DNA of 64,000 nt from Ginglymostoma cirratum. Taxonomy: Eukaryota. The DNA is taken from assembly GCA_024137785.1 (NCBI GenBank), contig JAHRHZ010000098.1, forward strand, positions 38,669,231 to 38,733,230, in the 5' to 3' direction. How positions within the stretch are numbered: the stretch's first letter is position 1; each line of letters begins with the position of its first letter. Below, one piece after another: positions 13,531 to 24,959 of the stretch. The notes below the pieces were generated by a model. It ran no database searches, was not told the origin of the DNA, and saw nothing but the letters and a program-made list of their open reading frames with translations. The position numbers were made by a program, and so were the translations under genes.

Positions 13531-14255
13531 TTTTTTTCTATTCATTTTGTGGGATGTGGGCATTGCCGGATGGCCAGCATTTCTTGCCCATCCCTAGTGG
13601 CCCTTGAGAAGACGGTGGTGAGCTGCCTTTTTGAACCGCTGCTGTCCTCCTGCTGTGGGTTGACCCACAATGTTATTAGGGAGGGAATTCCAGGATTTTG
13701 ACTCAGTGACAGGGAAGGAACGGCGATATATTTCCAAATCAGGATGGTGAGTGACTTGGAGGGGAACTTGGAGGTGGCGGTGTTCCCACATGTCTGATAC
13801 CCTTGCCCTTCTAGATGGAAGTGGCCGTGGGTTTGGAAGGTGCTGTCTAAGGATCTTTGGTGAATTTCTGCAGTGCATCTTCTAGACAGTACACACTGCT
13901 GCGACTGAGCGTCGTAGGTGGAGAGAATGAATGCTTGTGGATGTCGTGCCAATCAAGCGGGCTGCTTTGTCCTGAATGGTGTCAAGCTTCTTGACTCTTG
14001 TTGAGGCTGCACTCATCCAGGCAAGTGGGGAGTATTCCATCACACTCCTGGCTTGTAGATGGCAGACAGACTTTGAGGAGTCAGGAGGGGAGTTACTTGC
14101 CGCAGTATTCCTAGCTTCTGCCTGCTCTTGTAGCCACTCTGTTAGTGTGGTGAGTCCAGCTGAGTTTCTGGTTAATGGTAACCCCCAAAATGTTGATAGT
14201 GGGGCATTCAGTGATGGTAACACCATTGAACGTCAAGGGACAGTGATTAGATTAC
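13531..14255 (-). mobile_element. CR1/L2-group LINE 3' end inserted in the PLE
   Basis: ORF 13882-14226 has SVMEYSPLAWMSAASTRVKKLDTIQDKAARLIG...SLHLRRSVAAVCTV; ORF 13594-13878 has SKSWNSLPNNIVG...QRFKKAAHHRLLKG; tail shared with the tRNA-SINE family. Confidence 0.88.
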
Positions 14256-14399
14256 CACCATCACCAATAAGAGACAACCAGCCGCGGATTTTCGGGTAAT
14301 AGTCCTCCAAGGTGGACGTCAGGATACGCAACAACGCAGAGTCGCCGAGGTCTTGATTCAATTTCGCACTACAGGTGACCCCACCACACTATACACTCC

Positions 14400-15519
14400 C
14401 CTTCGCAGGCACACGCACATGCTCCCATACTCCCTAACACATACTCCCAGACACGCGTGCCCACACGCGCAGACACAGACAAACACACACACATGATCTC
14501 TCCCCTGTGCAAACACACACACACACACACACACACAATGTTTCGCATGCAGATGCAGACACAAACACACAGACACGATTTCCCAGGCGCGCAGACGCAA
14601 CCACAGACACACACACATATGATGTCTCGTACGCAGATAGAGACAAAGACACACACAGACACACACGATCTCTCATGCGCTACCACGCGCGCAGACACAG
14701 ACACAGATAAACAGACACGATCTCTGGCATGCGCAGACACGGACACGATCTCTGCTGCGCGCAGACACAGACACAGGGACACAATCTCTGCCATGCACAG
14801 ACAAAAACACACGATTTCTGCCGCACGCAGACAGACGCATAGACACGATCTCTGCTGTGTGCAGACGCAGACGCAGACACAGACACACAAGAACACACAC
14901 AAACACGGTCTCTCACTTGCTCCGACACAGACTCTCACACACGCGATTTCTCACGCACACAGACACACACATATGATTCGCACGCAGACAGACACACACA
15001 CGCGATGTCTCATGCACACGCAGACATACACACAATCTCTGCTGCATGCTGACACAAACACACACACATGATCTCTCACGTGCTCCGACAGAAACAGACA
15101 CACGCACGCACGTGCACATGCACATGCACACCCGCTGCCTCGCGCGCAGGCACACGCACATGCACATGCGCTGCCTCGCGCGCAGGCACACAGGCACACA
15201 CACGCACACACACCCCCCACTGTCTCACGCGCAGACACACACACACACACCCCCCCGCTGCCTCGCGCGCAGACAGACACAGACACAGGCACACAAACAC
15301 ACCCACACACACCTGCTGTCTCACGCGCAGACAGACACAGGCACAGACCCACACACTCCCACAGATCCTCTCATGCTCGCGCACATATACACACACACAT
15401 GCGCACCTCTCACACACGCCCATATAGGCAGACACAAACACAGACACACACAAAGAATCTCTCACACACTCCTCCTCCCCCCACCCCCACACACACACAC
15501 TCGGACAGATTCACACACA
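14400..15519. repeat. Complex CA-rich minisatellite
   Basis: Recurring cacgatctct...gcgcagacacagacacac and cgctgcctcgcgcgcag units in (CA)n; source of the many overlapping low-complexity ORFs. Confidence 0.95.
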
Positions 15520-15698
15520 TTTTTACTTCACAAACAAGGAGTCACAGAACCTCGATGAGCCTAGGTTTCACTCACAATTAAGGACAGACAGTCATACAGC
15601 ACGGAAACAGACCCTTCAGTCCTACTCATCCATGCCGACCAGGTTTTCCCATTTGCATGTTTTTGGCCCATATCCCTCATGTACCTGTCCGAACGTCT
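15520..15698 (+). repeat. Local direct duplication of 17237-17431
   Basis: Near-identical: 3 substitutions and a 16-nt deletion in this copy. Confidence 0.92.
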
Positions 15699-16224
15699 CA
15701 CATTCTGATAAACACAGACATACCCCCATGCTTCCACCCACACACCCCACGCTCCCACTCAAACACCGTCAGTCAACATGGTGTTTTATAAATTCTTACT
15801 TCAGGAATAAAACCAACCTGACTCCAAACCAAAATACAAACAGATTCTAAACAAGGCCTCATACCTATCATGCATTCTCTGACCTCAAATGTCACCTCTT
15901 CTTTACAGTGATAAAACCTTTACTTCTCTCAGGACAGTGACTTGAAAGAAATTCAGGGATATAAATATTAAATCAATTAAAACTTTCAAAATGATTAAAG
16001 ATTTAACAGCATCTTAGGCTTTTTAATACATCCTCCTCAGTTGTGTGACCCTTTGATCTTCTACTTATAAATTCTGTGCCTGAGGCCACCTCTCTCACTA
16101 ACATCTCAAGGAGGAGCGAGGCTCCAAAAGCTTGCGCTTTTAAGTAAACCTGTTGGACTATAACCTGGTGTCGTGTGATCTCTGATCTTGTCCACCCCAG
16201 TCCAACAGCAGCACCTCCACATCA

Positions 16225-16710
16225 CACGTTACATTTGTCTTGATTAAATTCCATCTGTCCTAGTCTCCAGCTTTCTATGTCCTGCTATATCCTCTGGCAA
16301 TCCTTCTCATTATCTGCAGCTCCGCCAATCTTTGTGTTGTACACAAACTTATTTATTAGGCCACCTACACTTTCCTCCAAGTCATTTATATATATTGCAA
16401 ACAACAGGGGTCCCAGCACTGAGCCTTGTGCAACACCACTGGTCACAGCTCTCCAGTCAGAAAAACACCCTTCCACCGCTATCCTGTCTTCTGTGAACAA
16501 GCCAATTCTGAATCCATCTTATCAGCTCACCGTGGAGCCCATGTGACTTCACCATCTGTATCAGCCTGCCATGAGGCATCTTGTGAAAAACCTTGCTGAA
16601 GTCCATATAGACAACATTCATTGCCCTCTCCTTTTTGTCACTTCCTCATTAAACTCAATCAAGTTTGTGAGACATGACCTCCCCCGCACAAAGGTATGCT
16701 GCCCATCACT
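16225..16710 (-). mobile_element. CR1 LINE RT core fragment
   Basis: ORF 16285-16500 has [33 protein letters not shown]...[10 protein letters not shown]. Confidence 0.92.
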
Positions 16711-16711
16711 C

Positions 16712-17030
16712 TTATGGGAAAATCAAGAAATAGGAGATTGCTGTTTAAAAATACAGGATTGCCCATTTAAAACAGGGATGAGATGAAAGCTTTCCTCTCA
16801 GAGTCATGAGTTTTTCCAACTCTCTTCATCCAAAGGCAGTGGAATCGGAGTCTGAATGTTTAAGGAAAAACTGAATCGATTCTTGGTAAGTAAGGAGCAA
16901 AAGGTCAGTACAGTTAGGTGTGAATGTGGATTTGATGTTACAATTAGGTTAGTCACAGTCTTATTAAATGGCAGAGCAGGCTCAAGAAGCTGAAAAGCCT
17001 ACACTTGCTCCATGTCTGTGTGTTCCATAA
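16712..17030 (+). mobile_element. CR1 LINE 3' end
   Basis: ggattgcccatttaaaacagggatgag...ttaaatggcagagcaggctcaagaagctgaaaagcctac. Confidence 0.75.
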
Positions 17031-17305
17031 ATCTCCCTCATAGCATTAAAAGCAATTGTTGACTCAACTCAATATTTGCCATGACCTCAAAACTGTGCAA
17101 CTCCATACTTTTCCAAAACATTATTTCCCTTAACAATTGGGAAGATCGTAATACCGACGCTTAACCATACTTCACAATAGCAGCTTTCTGCCTCCTTTTT
17201 ATTAATTTCAAACACAGTGGTAAGCTTCATTCTAGCTTTTTACTTCACAAACAAGGAGTCATAGAACCTCGAAGAGCCTAGGTTTCACTCACAATTAAGG
17301 ACAGA

Positions 17306-17585
17306 CAGTCATACAGCACGGAAACAGACCCTTCAGTCCTACTCATCCATGCCGACCAGGTTTTCCCATTTGCATGTTTTTAGCCCATATCCCTCTAAAC
17401 CTTTCCCATTCATGTACCTGTCCGAACGTCTTTCATAATTTGTGACTGTCCTACATCTATCACTTCTGCTGATAGTTCATTACACATACGAGCCACCCTC
17501 TGTGTGAAAAAGTTGCCCCTCGGGACTCTTTTAAATCTTTCTCTGCACATCTTAAAATTATGCCCTCTAGTTTTGAACCCCCAGC
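17306..17585 (-). mobile_element. CR1 LINE 3' end
   Basis: ORF 17410-17595 has KTRGHNFKMCRERFKRVPRGNFFTQRVARMCNEL. Confidence 0.88.
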
Positions 17586-17619
17586 CATGCTTCACAGTAA
17601 CACAAGTGAGTTTTTCTTA

Positions 17620-18335
17620 TATTAGTTCATGGGATGTGGATGTTGTGGATCAGGCCAGAGTTGTTGCACATTCACCACGAGGTGGTGGTGAGTTGCCTTC
17701 TTGAATTGCTGCAGTCCTTGAAGTGTAGGTACACCCACAGCACTGTTAGTGAAGGAACAGCAATACAGTTCTAGGTCAGGATGTTAAGTGGCTTGGAGGG
17801 AAGTGTTCAGATGATGGTGTTCCTACATATCATGTTTCTTTGTCCTTCTGGGGGTCAAAGGTCATAGATTTTGAAGTTGCTTTTACAAAGGAGCCCTGGT
17901 GAGTTACCACGGTGGTTCTTGTATGCAGCAGACACAGCTGATACTGTGTTTGTAGTGGAGAGCATAAATGTTGCAGGTGGTGGATAGGGTGAAAATCAAA
18001 CAGGCTGGTTTGTGGGAGCGAAGTACTGCAGATGCTGGAATCTGTACTGGAAACAAATGCTAAATATCACAGCGGGTCAGACAGCATCCATGGAGAGAGA
18101 GCAAGCTAACGTTGAGTCTAGATGATTCTTCATGGGGTTTGGTTTGTCCAGGATAGCATCAGACTTCTTCAGTGGTATTGGAACTGCAGGGAAGTAATCC
18201 AACACACTCCTTATATATGCCTTGTAGATGGAGCACAGACTCCAGGGAAGCAGGTGGTGACTTACTTGCCACAGGACTCCTAACCTCTAACTTGCCGCTA
18301 TAGCCACAACATTTGGTTATATACAACTGGTTGTA
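17620..18335 (-). mobile_element. CR1/L2-group LINE 3' fragment, interrupted at ~18014-18139 by a PLE terminus
   Basis: Same family as 13531-14255; PLE terminus (ctgcagatgctggaatctg...agctaacgttgagtc) flanked by tggtttgt repeats at 18006-18013 and 18140-18147. Confidence 0.75.
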
Positions 18336-18389
18336 TACTGCTGAGACTCCGTCTGCGCCAAAACCAAATCCAAACAAGATTAGAATGTC

Positions 18390-18467
18390 TGAAGAAGGGT
18401 CTTGACCCGAAACGTCAGCTTTCCTGCTTGGCCTGCTGTGTTCATCCAGCTCTACATCTTGTTATCT
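18390..18467 (+). mobile_element. Minimal PLE-terminus insertion with intact hammerhead core and 14-bp TSD
   Basis: aagattagaatgtc at 18376-18389 and 18468-18481; CTGAAGA-a-GGGTC-tt-GACCC-GAAA-CGTC at 18389-18416. Confidence 0.85.
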
Positions 18468-18669
18468 AAGATTAGAATGTCCTTTTGTTCAAAAAGTGTA
18501 TCAAAGTAGATCTTCATGTTGTTTATTATTTAATAATAATAGACCACTTCTATATTACCAAGACATTGACCACAACCATGCTGGCTGAAGGATGATTCCA
18601 GGCCACATTCTTGCTGCTGACCAACTGTTCCTAATTATAAACTCGCAGGAATAATACAGCTAGACTTAC

Positions 18670-18800
18670 TTTTTCATATCAACTCTTATCTCTTTAGCAG
18701 GGGATGCTGTTGGAAGAACTATTGATATCTTGTTCTGTTGTGGACTTCGGTAGCAAGTTTGGCATATTGACTGCGCCTGAAGGACGCAGTAGTTTTCCCG
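18670..18800 (-). other. Candidate alternative/poison exon (131 nt) downstream of the FBRSL1-like exon
   Basis: Acceptor catttccacttacctcacag, donor AAA|gtaagt; open in phase 0 (RENYCVLQAQSICQTCYRSPQQNKISIVLPTASPAKEIRVDMK); no recognised homology. Confidence 0.3.
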
Positions 18801-19897
18801 CTGTGAGGTAAGTGGAAATGTGATTTCAAGTATGTCCTGAGTGTCTTTCAAGTGTATATGTGCACGTTAGGAAATGTGATGCTCGCCTTTTTTAAAAAAG
18901 ATTAACAATGTGTGGAATACATAATCTATTACCTACGAATAAAAGCAGCAATTTTGTTTAAAAATATATAGAGTTGAGTGCAGGTACTCAAATGGAGATG
19001 TTCAGTTTGTGGAGCATTTGTCCAAAGCTATATTGTTCCACAGATCAATCAAAATCCATTCAAACTGACAGGAATATAATCGGTCTTCTCTAGGTCAGGT
19101 GGGCATTTTGATCAGGACAAATATTGTGGCCATTTATGATCAAATTATTCAGCATGTCATGTAATATTTAGTAATATATTTCAATGGAATATTGCTGGAA
19201 ATGATGTTGGATCCCTTCATTCACAATGAATTGGCGAACACAGCTGATGGCACAACATTGTTGCTATAAGTAATCATTTCTAGTCTTCCTGTAGCCCTTG
19301 AACATTATTTATATGCTATTCAACAAGTGATATGTCTATACTCTGGGATGAATTAAGGACTACCCTTCATATAAATCTGAGATACCTCCCTTTCTTGAAG
19401 TAAAACATAGAATGCTTCAAAAACACGGAACAAAAAAGGGAGTATTTACAAGCAATAGCCATCACAGAATAGTACCATCACTGTACCTGCAATGTAACCA
19501 TGTATGCCACACTGCATTCATGGGTTTGAAATAAAGATGCTGTACACCAGTGCTGTCAAAAAGGGGAGGGGAAATTTGCTGTCACACTTAATCATAATAG
19601 GTATGACAAACCTGGCTTTGCACATTCATTATTCCATAAATCTGGTATTTTCAATAAACATTTTTCAGACCAATCTTCAGACATCTCGCTAATTCTGTCT
19701 AAAGGAAATTCCTATTGAAGTACTGCAATAGCTCCCATGACATTCTTAAAAGTAGGCTGAATCACCAAATAGCACTTTATAAAATCATATCTTCACGTCT
19801 ACTCTTAACCTCAAAATCCCTTCAAAAACAAGTGCAACAGTCTGTCATTGCCACAGAACACCCAGTGCAGATCCTTTCTTTTGAAGTGTGTACTTAC

Positions 19898-19999
19898 ATC
19901 ACTAAGCTTGTCTCGGGAGCTGCTCCTCTGTGGGCTGTTGGCTTCTCTGACATTCTCACCCTCGCTGTGCCTGCCATTTTCTTTGGATGAGACCTTCAT
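19898..19999 (-). CDS. FBRSL1: Internal coding exon (exon 3) of an AUTS2-family gene, most likely fibrosin-like 1
   Basis: Acceptor tcactctctctcatcttatag, donor GAT|gtaagt; 102 nt, phase 0/0, the only open frame; MKVSSKENGRHSEGENVREANSPQRSSSRDKLSD matches recalled AUTS2 exon 3 (34 aa, ending RSSSRERLSD) and the MKV...SSRDPLSD exon of FBRSL1. Family assignment is firmer than the paralog. Confidence 0.78.
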
Positions 20000-21209
20000 C
20001 TATAAGATGAGAGAGAGTGAGAGATGCTTAAGTAATAGCAAAACTATACTGTAGGATGACGAATGAACAACTACAGCTGTAGGATCAGTGTGTTAAATTT
20101 ACCGATGGAAGGTTACACTTCAAAAGCACCATGGTAGATCTTTACTGTTGATTCTTTTCTGGAAGTACAACCCAAACTTAATCAATAAAAGGAACAGGGG
20201 AAACAAAACACAATTATGAACTTATATAACACCTTCAAGGATACGCAAAAAAGTTCATAACAATGTATTATTTTAGTAATCAGTCTTTCAATGGGATTGG
20301 ACTGACAATACTCTGGCTTTAAGGATAGTATCCCACTAAAGAAATCAAATATCCAAAACTTTTCCATTAATTGGTATTCCAAACAAATTATTATTTTAAG
20401 AAGCAAGGACATTTTGTGAACACCGTTCCATATGTAGGGGGTTATGAACTCATCCATTTTATTGTTCACAAGACAGGTGGAAAGTCAAAGCAGTGTTGTT
20501 AAACAGGTTGCATGGCAGCGTCAACCAAAAGATAAGGCAATATGCTGAGATCAAGGTGTTAGAAGAAAGGATGGGAAATCTTGTTAAATTACAGTTTATT
20601 ATCTCAATATTTCACATTACTTTAGACTGCACTTTTAATAATACAAATACATCAGCCAATGTGCATTTGCTAAGAACCAATAATCAACAAAGGATCAAAC
20701 AATCTGGTTTTGGTGCCATGGACGGAAGAATGAGAGTGCAGGTATTCACTGGAACAGAAAGTAGAAACCAAATGAAGCTTAGCATCTTGGGGGTTTAGTG
20801 TTTCATCAGTGCTGTCCCTAAGTAGAAGCCTAAACTATGTCAAATCACAAAATGGAAATTAAACTCACAAACTTTTTACTCAGGCAACAGGGTTACCGAT
20901 TAAAAAAAGAAGAAAAACTCTGTGACTATAACAAAAATTACACTGCCCCCATTTGTGACTAAATATTAACCTGTGGTGTCACATAACTAACTGTAAACAT
21001 AAGCTATGAACTTCTTTACAGCAACTGTACCACTGGTCAAAACCCCATTTACTCATTCAAAAGGCTGTCAATACATTTCAAAAATGTCAGGCAGCAAAAA
21101 TATGTCGTTGACAAATAAAGGAGAATTAAACATGAGAGGCACCTGATTTTCTAATGAAATGCATGGCTGAGAGCTCCTTGTGTGCACAGAATGGGAGATG
21201 ACAACCTCC

Positions 21210-22770
21210 ATGAGACACGCCATAAGATACAGGAGCAGAATTTTGCCATTCAACCACTGAATCTATGCCGCCATTCGATCATGACTGATCATGCTTTTAA
21301 CCCCATTCTCCTGCGTAACCTTTGAGTCCTCACTAATCTATGTCTGTCCTGAAGACGCCTGATGACTTTGGCCTCCATAGTCTTCTGCTGAAATGCACTG
21401 CAGAGACTCAGTACCCTCTAGCTGAAGAAATTGCTCCTCATCTCAGTTCTAAAGGGATTGTCTCTTCACAGTGCCCTTTGGTCCAAGTATTTCCTCCACT
21501 GGAAAGATCTTCTCCACATCCAAGCTATCCAGGCATCCCAGTCTTCCATTTCAATCAAAGCCCCCTTCATCCTACTAAACTCCATCAAGTACAGACTCCA
21601 GATTCCTATTATGACAAGACCTACATGTGAGCCTCCTCTGGTCCGACTCTAAAGCCAGCAAAAAAACTTTCCTTAATTGTGGGTCCAAAACTGCTCACAA
21701 TATTCCAAATGCAATATTGTGACCAAAGCCTGATACAACCTGAGCAGTACATCCCTGTTCTTGTACTTTAGCCCTCTCAAAATGAATGCTTTCATTGCAT
21801 TTGTCTTCCTAACTGTCAACTGAACCTGCATGTTAACCTTAAGAAGATCCTGAAAAAGGATTCCCAAGTCTCTTTTTGCTTCAGATTTCCGAAGCCTTTC
21901 CCCATTTAAAAGATAATTGAAGCCTCTTCTTCCTACGAAAGTGCATAACCTCACTTTCTCATTATATTCCATCTGCCACTTCTTTGCCCATTTTCTAAGC
22001 CTGCCCAGGTCCTTCTGCACCATCTCCCCCTCCTCAACACAACCTGTCCCTCCACCTTTGTGTAACCTGCAAACTTGGCTTCAATGCTCTTAGATTCTTC
22101 GTCCACATTGTTAATGTAAAATGTTCATTATGAATAGTTGTGGTCCAAACAATGAACCCTGTGGAACTCAACTAGTCACCAGCTGCCATCTTGAAAAAGA
22201 CTCCTTTATCTCCACTTTCTATCTCTGCCAGTCAGCCAATCCTCTATCCATGCCAGCACTCTTTCCCCGGCACCATTTAATTTAGCAGCTTCCCAAGTGG
22301 CGTCTCGTTAAAGGCCTTCTGGAAATCCAAATAGATCACATTCACTGACTCTCCTTTGAGAAAGTAACAAATTTATACAAAGTGTTCTAACAGATTTTTC
22401 AGGCATGACCTCCGCTTGACAAAGCCATGCTGACTCAGCCCTACTTTACCATGCACTTCCAAGTACTCTGCAATCTCATTCTTAACAATGAACTCTACAA
22501 TTTTACTAACGACAGAGGTCAGGCTAACCATCCAATAATTTCCTGTCTTCTGCCCCTCCCTTCTTAAACAGGGGTGTTACATTAGCCATTTTACAGTCCT
22601 CTGGCACCCTGTCTGACTCCAGCGATTCCTGAAAGATCACCAATGTCTCCACAATCTCCTCAGCTATCTCCTTCAGAACCCTGCAATGCAGTTCATCCAG
22701 TCTGGGTAATTTATTACCTTTGGATCTTTCAGCTTCCCCAGCACCTTCTCCTTATTATCGCCAGTACACT
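21210..22770 (-). mobile_element. CR1 LINE ORF2 (RT) and 3' UTR
   Basis: ORF 21673-22023 has QKDLGRLRKWAKKWQMEYNEK...RDLGILFQDLLKVNMQVQ...LHLEYCEQFW; 5' end abuts a (gcctct)n run at ~22773-22806. Confidence 0.92.
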
Positions 22771-23479
22771 CACCTCTGCCTCTGCCTCTGCCTCTGCCTC
22801 CGCCTCCCCCCACCCCGACTCTCCAGAAGTTCTGAAATGCAGAATGGATTAAATTTATACAGCAACCTGACACCCGACACTTATTCATTCTCAAAGTGTC
22901 AGCAATGGAGTTAGCAATGGGACAAGTCTGCAGTTGATCACGGCTGATTTTTTTTCAACCCCATTCTCCTGCCTTCTCCCCATAACCTTTGATACCTAAA
23001 AGAAACTGATAGAAAACAACTTATCAACATCTGTGGTTGAAACCGGTGCTATTGAACAGTGTCTCCCTATCTATCCATAACATACACGTCTTGTGTGCTT
23101 GCATGAGTGAATGGAAAATTTTAAAAGTTTAAAATAGATAATTTTAGGTTAGCAATTCGACTTATGTTTTTAACCAAGAATAAATAGTCTCATCACAATA
23201 ATGTTACCTTCTTATTCACGGAAAAAACATGATGTCCATATTCTTTTAACTTGAATTGGGACAGATGGATACTATTGGGGCAATTCAATGGTTTAATGAA
23301 ATTTTTACATTTGTGGCAATTCTGGGAATAGTGGGACTTGATTTGCAGTAAATTAGGCCAGTGACTTATAACAAAATAAATACCATTCTATTTTTTTTTA
23401 ATCAACTATCAAAAATCAAGAAAAACTTGCACTCAATCTTGTTGCAGGATCCAGGTTAAGTGCACAATCTGATATATCA

Positions 23480-23758
23480 TTCATTCATAAATTCCCTATA
23501 GAGTGGAAACAGGCCCTTCGGCCCAACAAGTCCACACCGAACCTCAAATATCCCACCCAGACCCATTCCCCTCCAACCCACCTAATCTACACATCTCTGA
23601 ACACTATGGGCAATTTAGCATGGCCAATCCGCCTAACCTGCACATCTTTGGACTGTGGGAGGAAACCGGAGGAAACCCACGCAGCCACGGGGAGAATGTG
23701 CAAACTCCGCACAGTTGCCCGAGGGTGGGATCAAACCTGGGTTCCTGGTGCCGTGAGA
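23480..23758 (-). mobile_element. HE1-type V-SINE
   Basis: Reverse-complement match to 9348-9640 (ggaaacccacgcagccacggggagaatgtgcaaactcc). Confidence 0.9.
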
Positions 23759-24129
23759 CAACAAATTATTTGTATTTAAATATCGGATTACAATGAGATT
23801 GGGCGATATATTTGCAGTCCAAAGATTGCACATATAATAATCTTATGTTACTGCCTTTAATGATCCCAACACCCCCTCTCTCCATTTGTTCTATAAATAG
23901 TGGCAGCAGCCACCTGGCCACAATTATACCAAAAAGGTTTCCTCTATAAACAAACAGCATATGCACCATTCAAACCCCCAGGAGCTGCATACTTAACATT
24001 CATTAAATCAACATGCTTTCAATGACTCAGGGAATGTCAGCAATTAACTCCAATGCAATGAACAAGCAGGAGGAGAGAGTGAGGAAGAAGGGTGGAAAAT
24101 ATCTGTCCAAGTAACAGTCTAGGAGAGGC

Positions 24130-24450
24130 TGATCAAGAATGCAAATTAGAATGAATGCCATTGCAATTAACCTATTAGACTAAATACCAATTATTAAACA
24201 CGCTTGTTCTTTTGGCTCACACTGCTCTGAATTAAGAGGGTCATCAGCTGATTTGACAGATCGTGTTCCTTTACACCTGCTGGCTGCCAGCAGGAGTCCG
24301 CACACCCTCTGGCAAGGCAAGCCAACCTGTCTTAATCATTTGTAATTATCCTAACAAGCTCTCGTCGTAATTCTGGTTACAGGAGTTGCTAATCAGCTAA
24401 ACAAAATTAAATGGTCTAACCTACAATTCAGTTGTCTGCCCCAACACAGA
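24130..24450. promoter_or_regulatory. Putative conserved non-coding enhancer
   Basis: Repeat-free; clustered TAAT/ATTA sites, TGATTTGACAG (PBX/MEIS-like), palindrome cctgctggc-t-gccagcagg; conservation not tested. Confidence 0.4.
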
Positions 24451-24959
24451 GACACAGAATTATTCCCCACCTGGACCTTAAATCTTTGAAAACCTTAGTA
24501 TAGGCTAGATGCAAGTGTCAGTGATATCTCCTGTTAATGCTAACTTGCTTTTACAGCTGCAACCCATGAATAGAAGCACCAGTCACATTATCTTGATTGC
24601 AAATAAAATGATATTCATTAGTGAATATCTCGACACAGTTATTGCTATACACAGACAGCAGCAGATTTTCTATTCACAGAGTAAGACGGAGCTAGGAAGC
24701 AAGATATACTTATAACACATCCAAATGGGTGGGAACTACATTCATCTGGTTCCGCTCTTACCTAATTGCAGCCACAGAATCAATCTGCAGCAGCTTCTCT
24801 TCCAGTTGCTACAGAGCTACCATAGATGTTCCACAGGATCTATCCTTAGCGCTCCTATTTCTCATGTAAATACTACTCTTCAGTGGCATTATTCGAAACA
24901 CAACAGAATTTCCACATGTACACTGATGACACTCAGCCCTAGTTCACCATAGCCTCTAA

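Larger units (their letters stand above)
13090..16222 (+). mobile_element. Penelope-like element 3' portion, interrupted by a LINE, a satellite and a templated insertion
   Basis: VLHSLQHITDDEEQLVKIFLAPPLLAFKQPPNL...PCHANLCKNC, VYLIHCRQGCPE (GIY-YIG region); resumes near 14279; terminus ggctccaaaagcttg...aaacctgttggactataacctggtgtcgtgtga at 16120-16180. Confidence 0.85.

Noticed and set aside
14358-15581. Many long overlapping ORFs (up to 204 aa) rich in C/V or H/T
   Set aside because: Translations of the CA/TG minisatellite. The HTH/HQH-like repeats only superficially resemble the AUTS2-family His repeat and are on the wrong strand.
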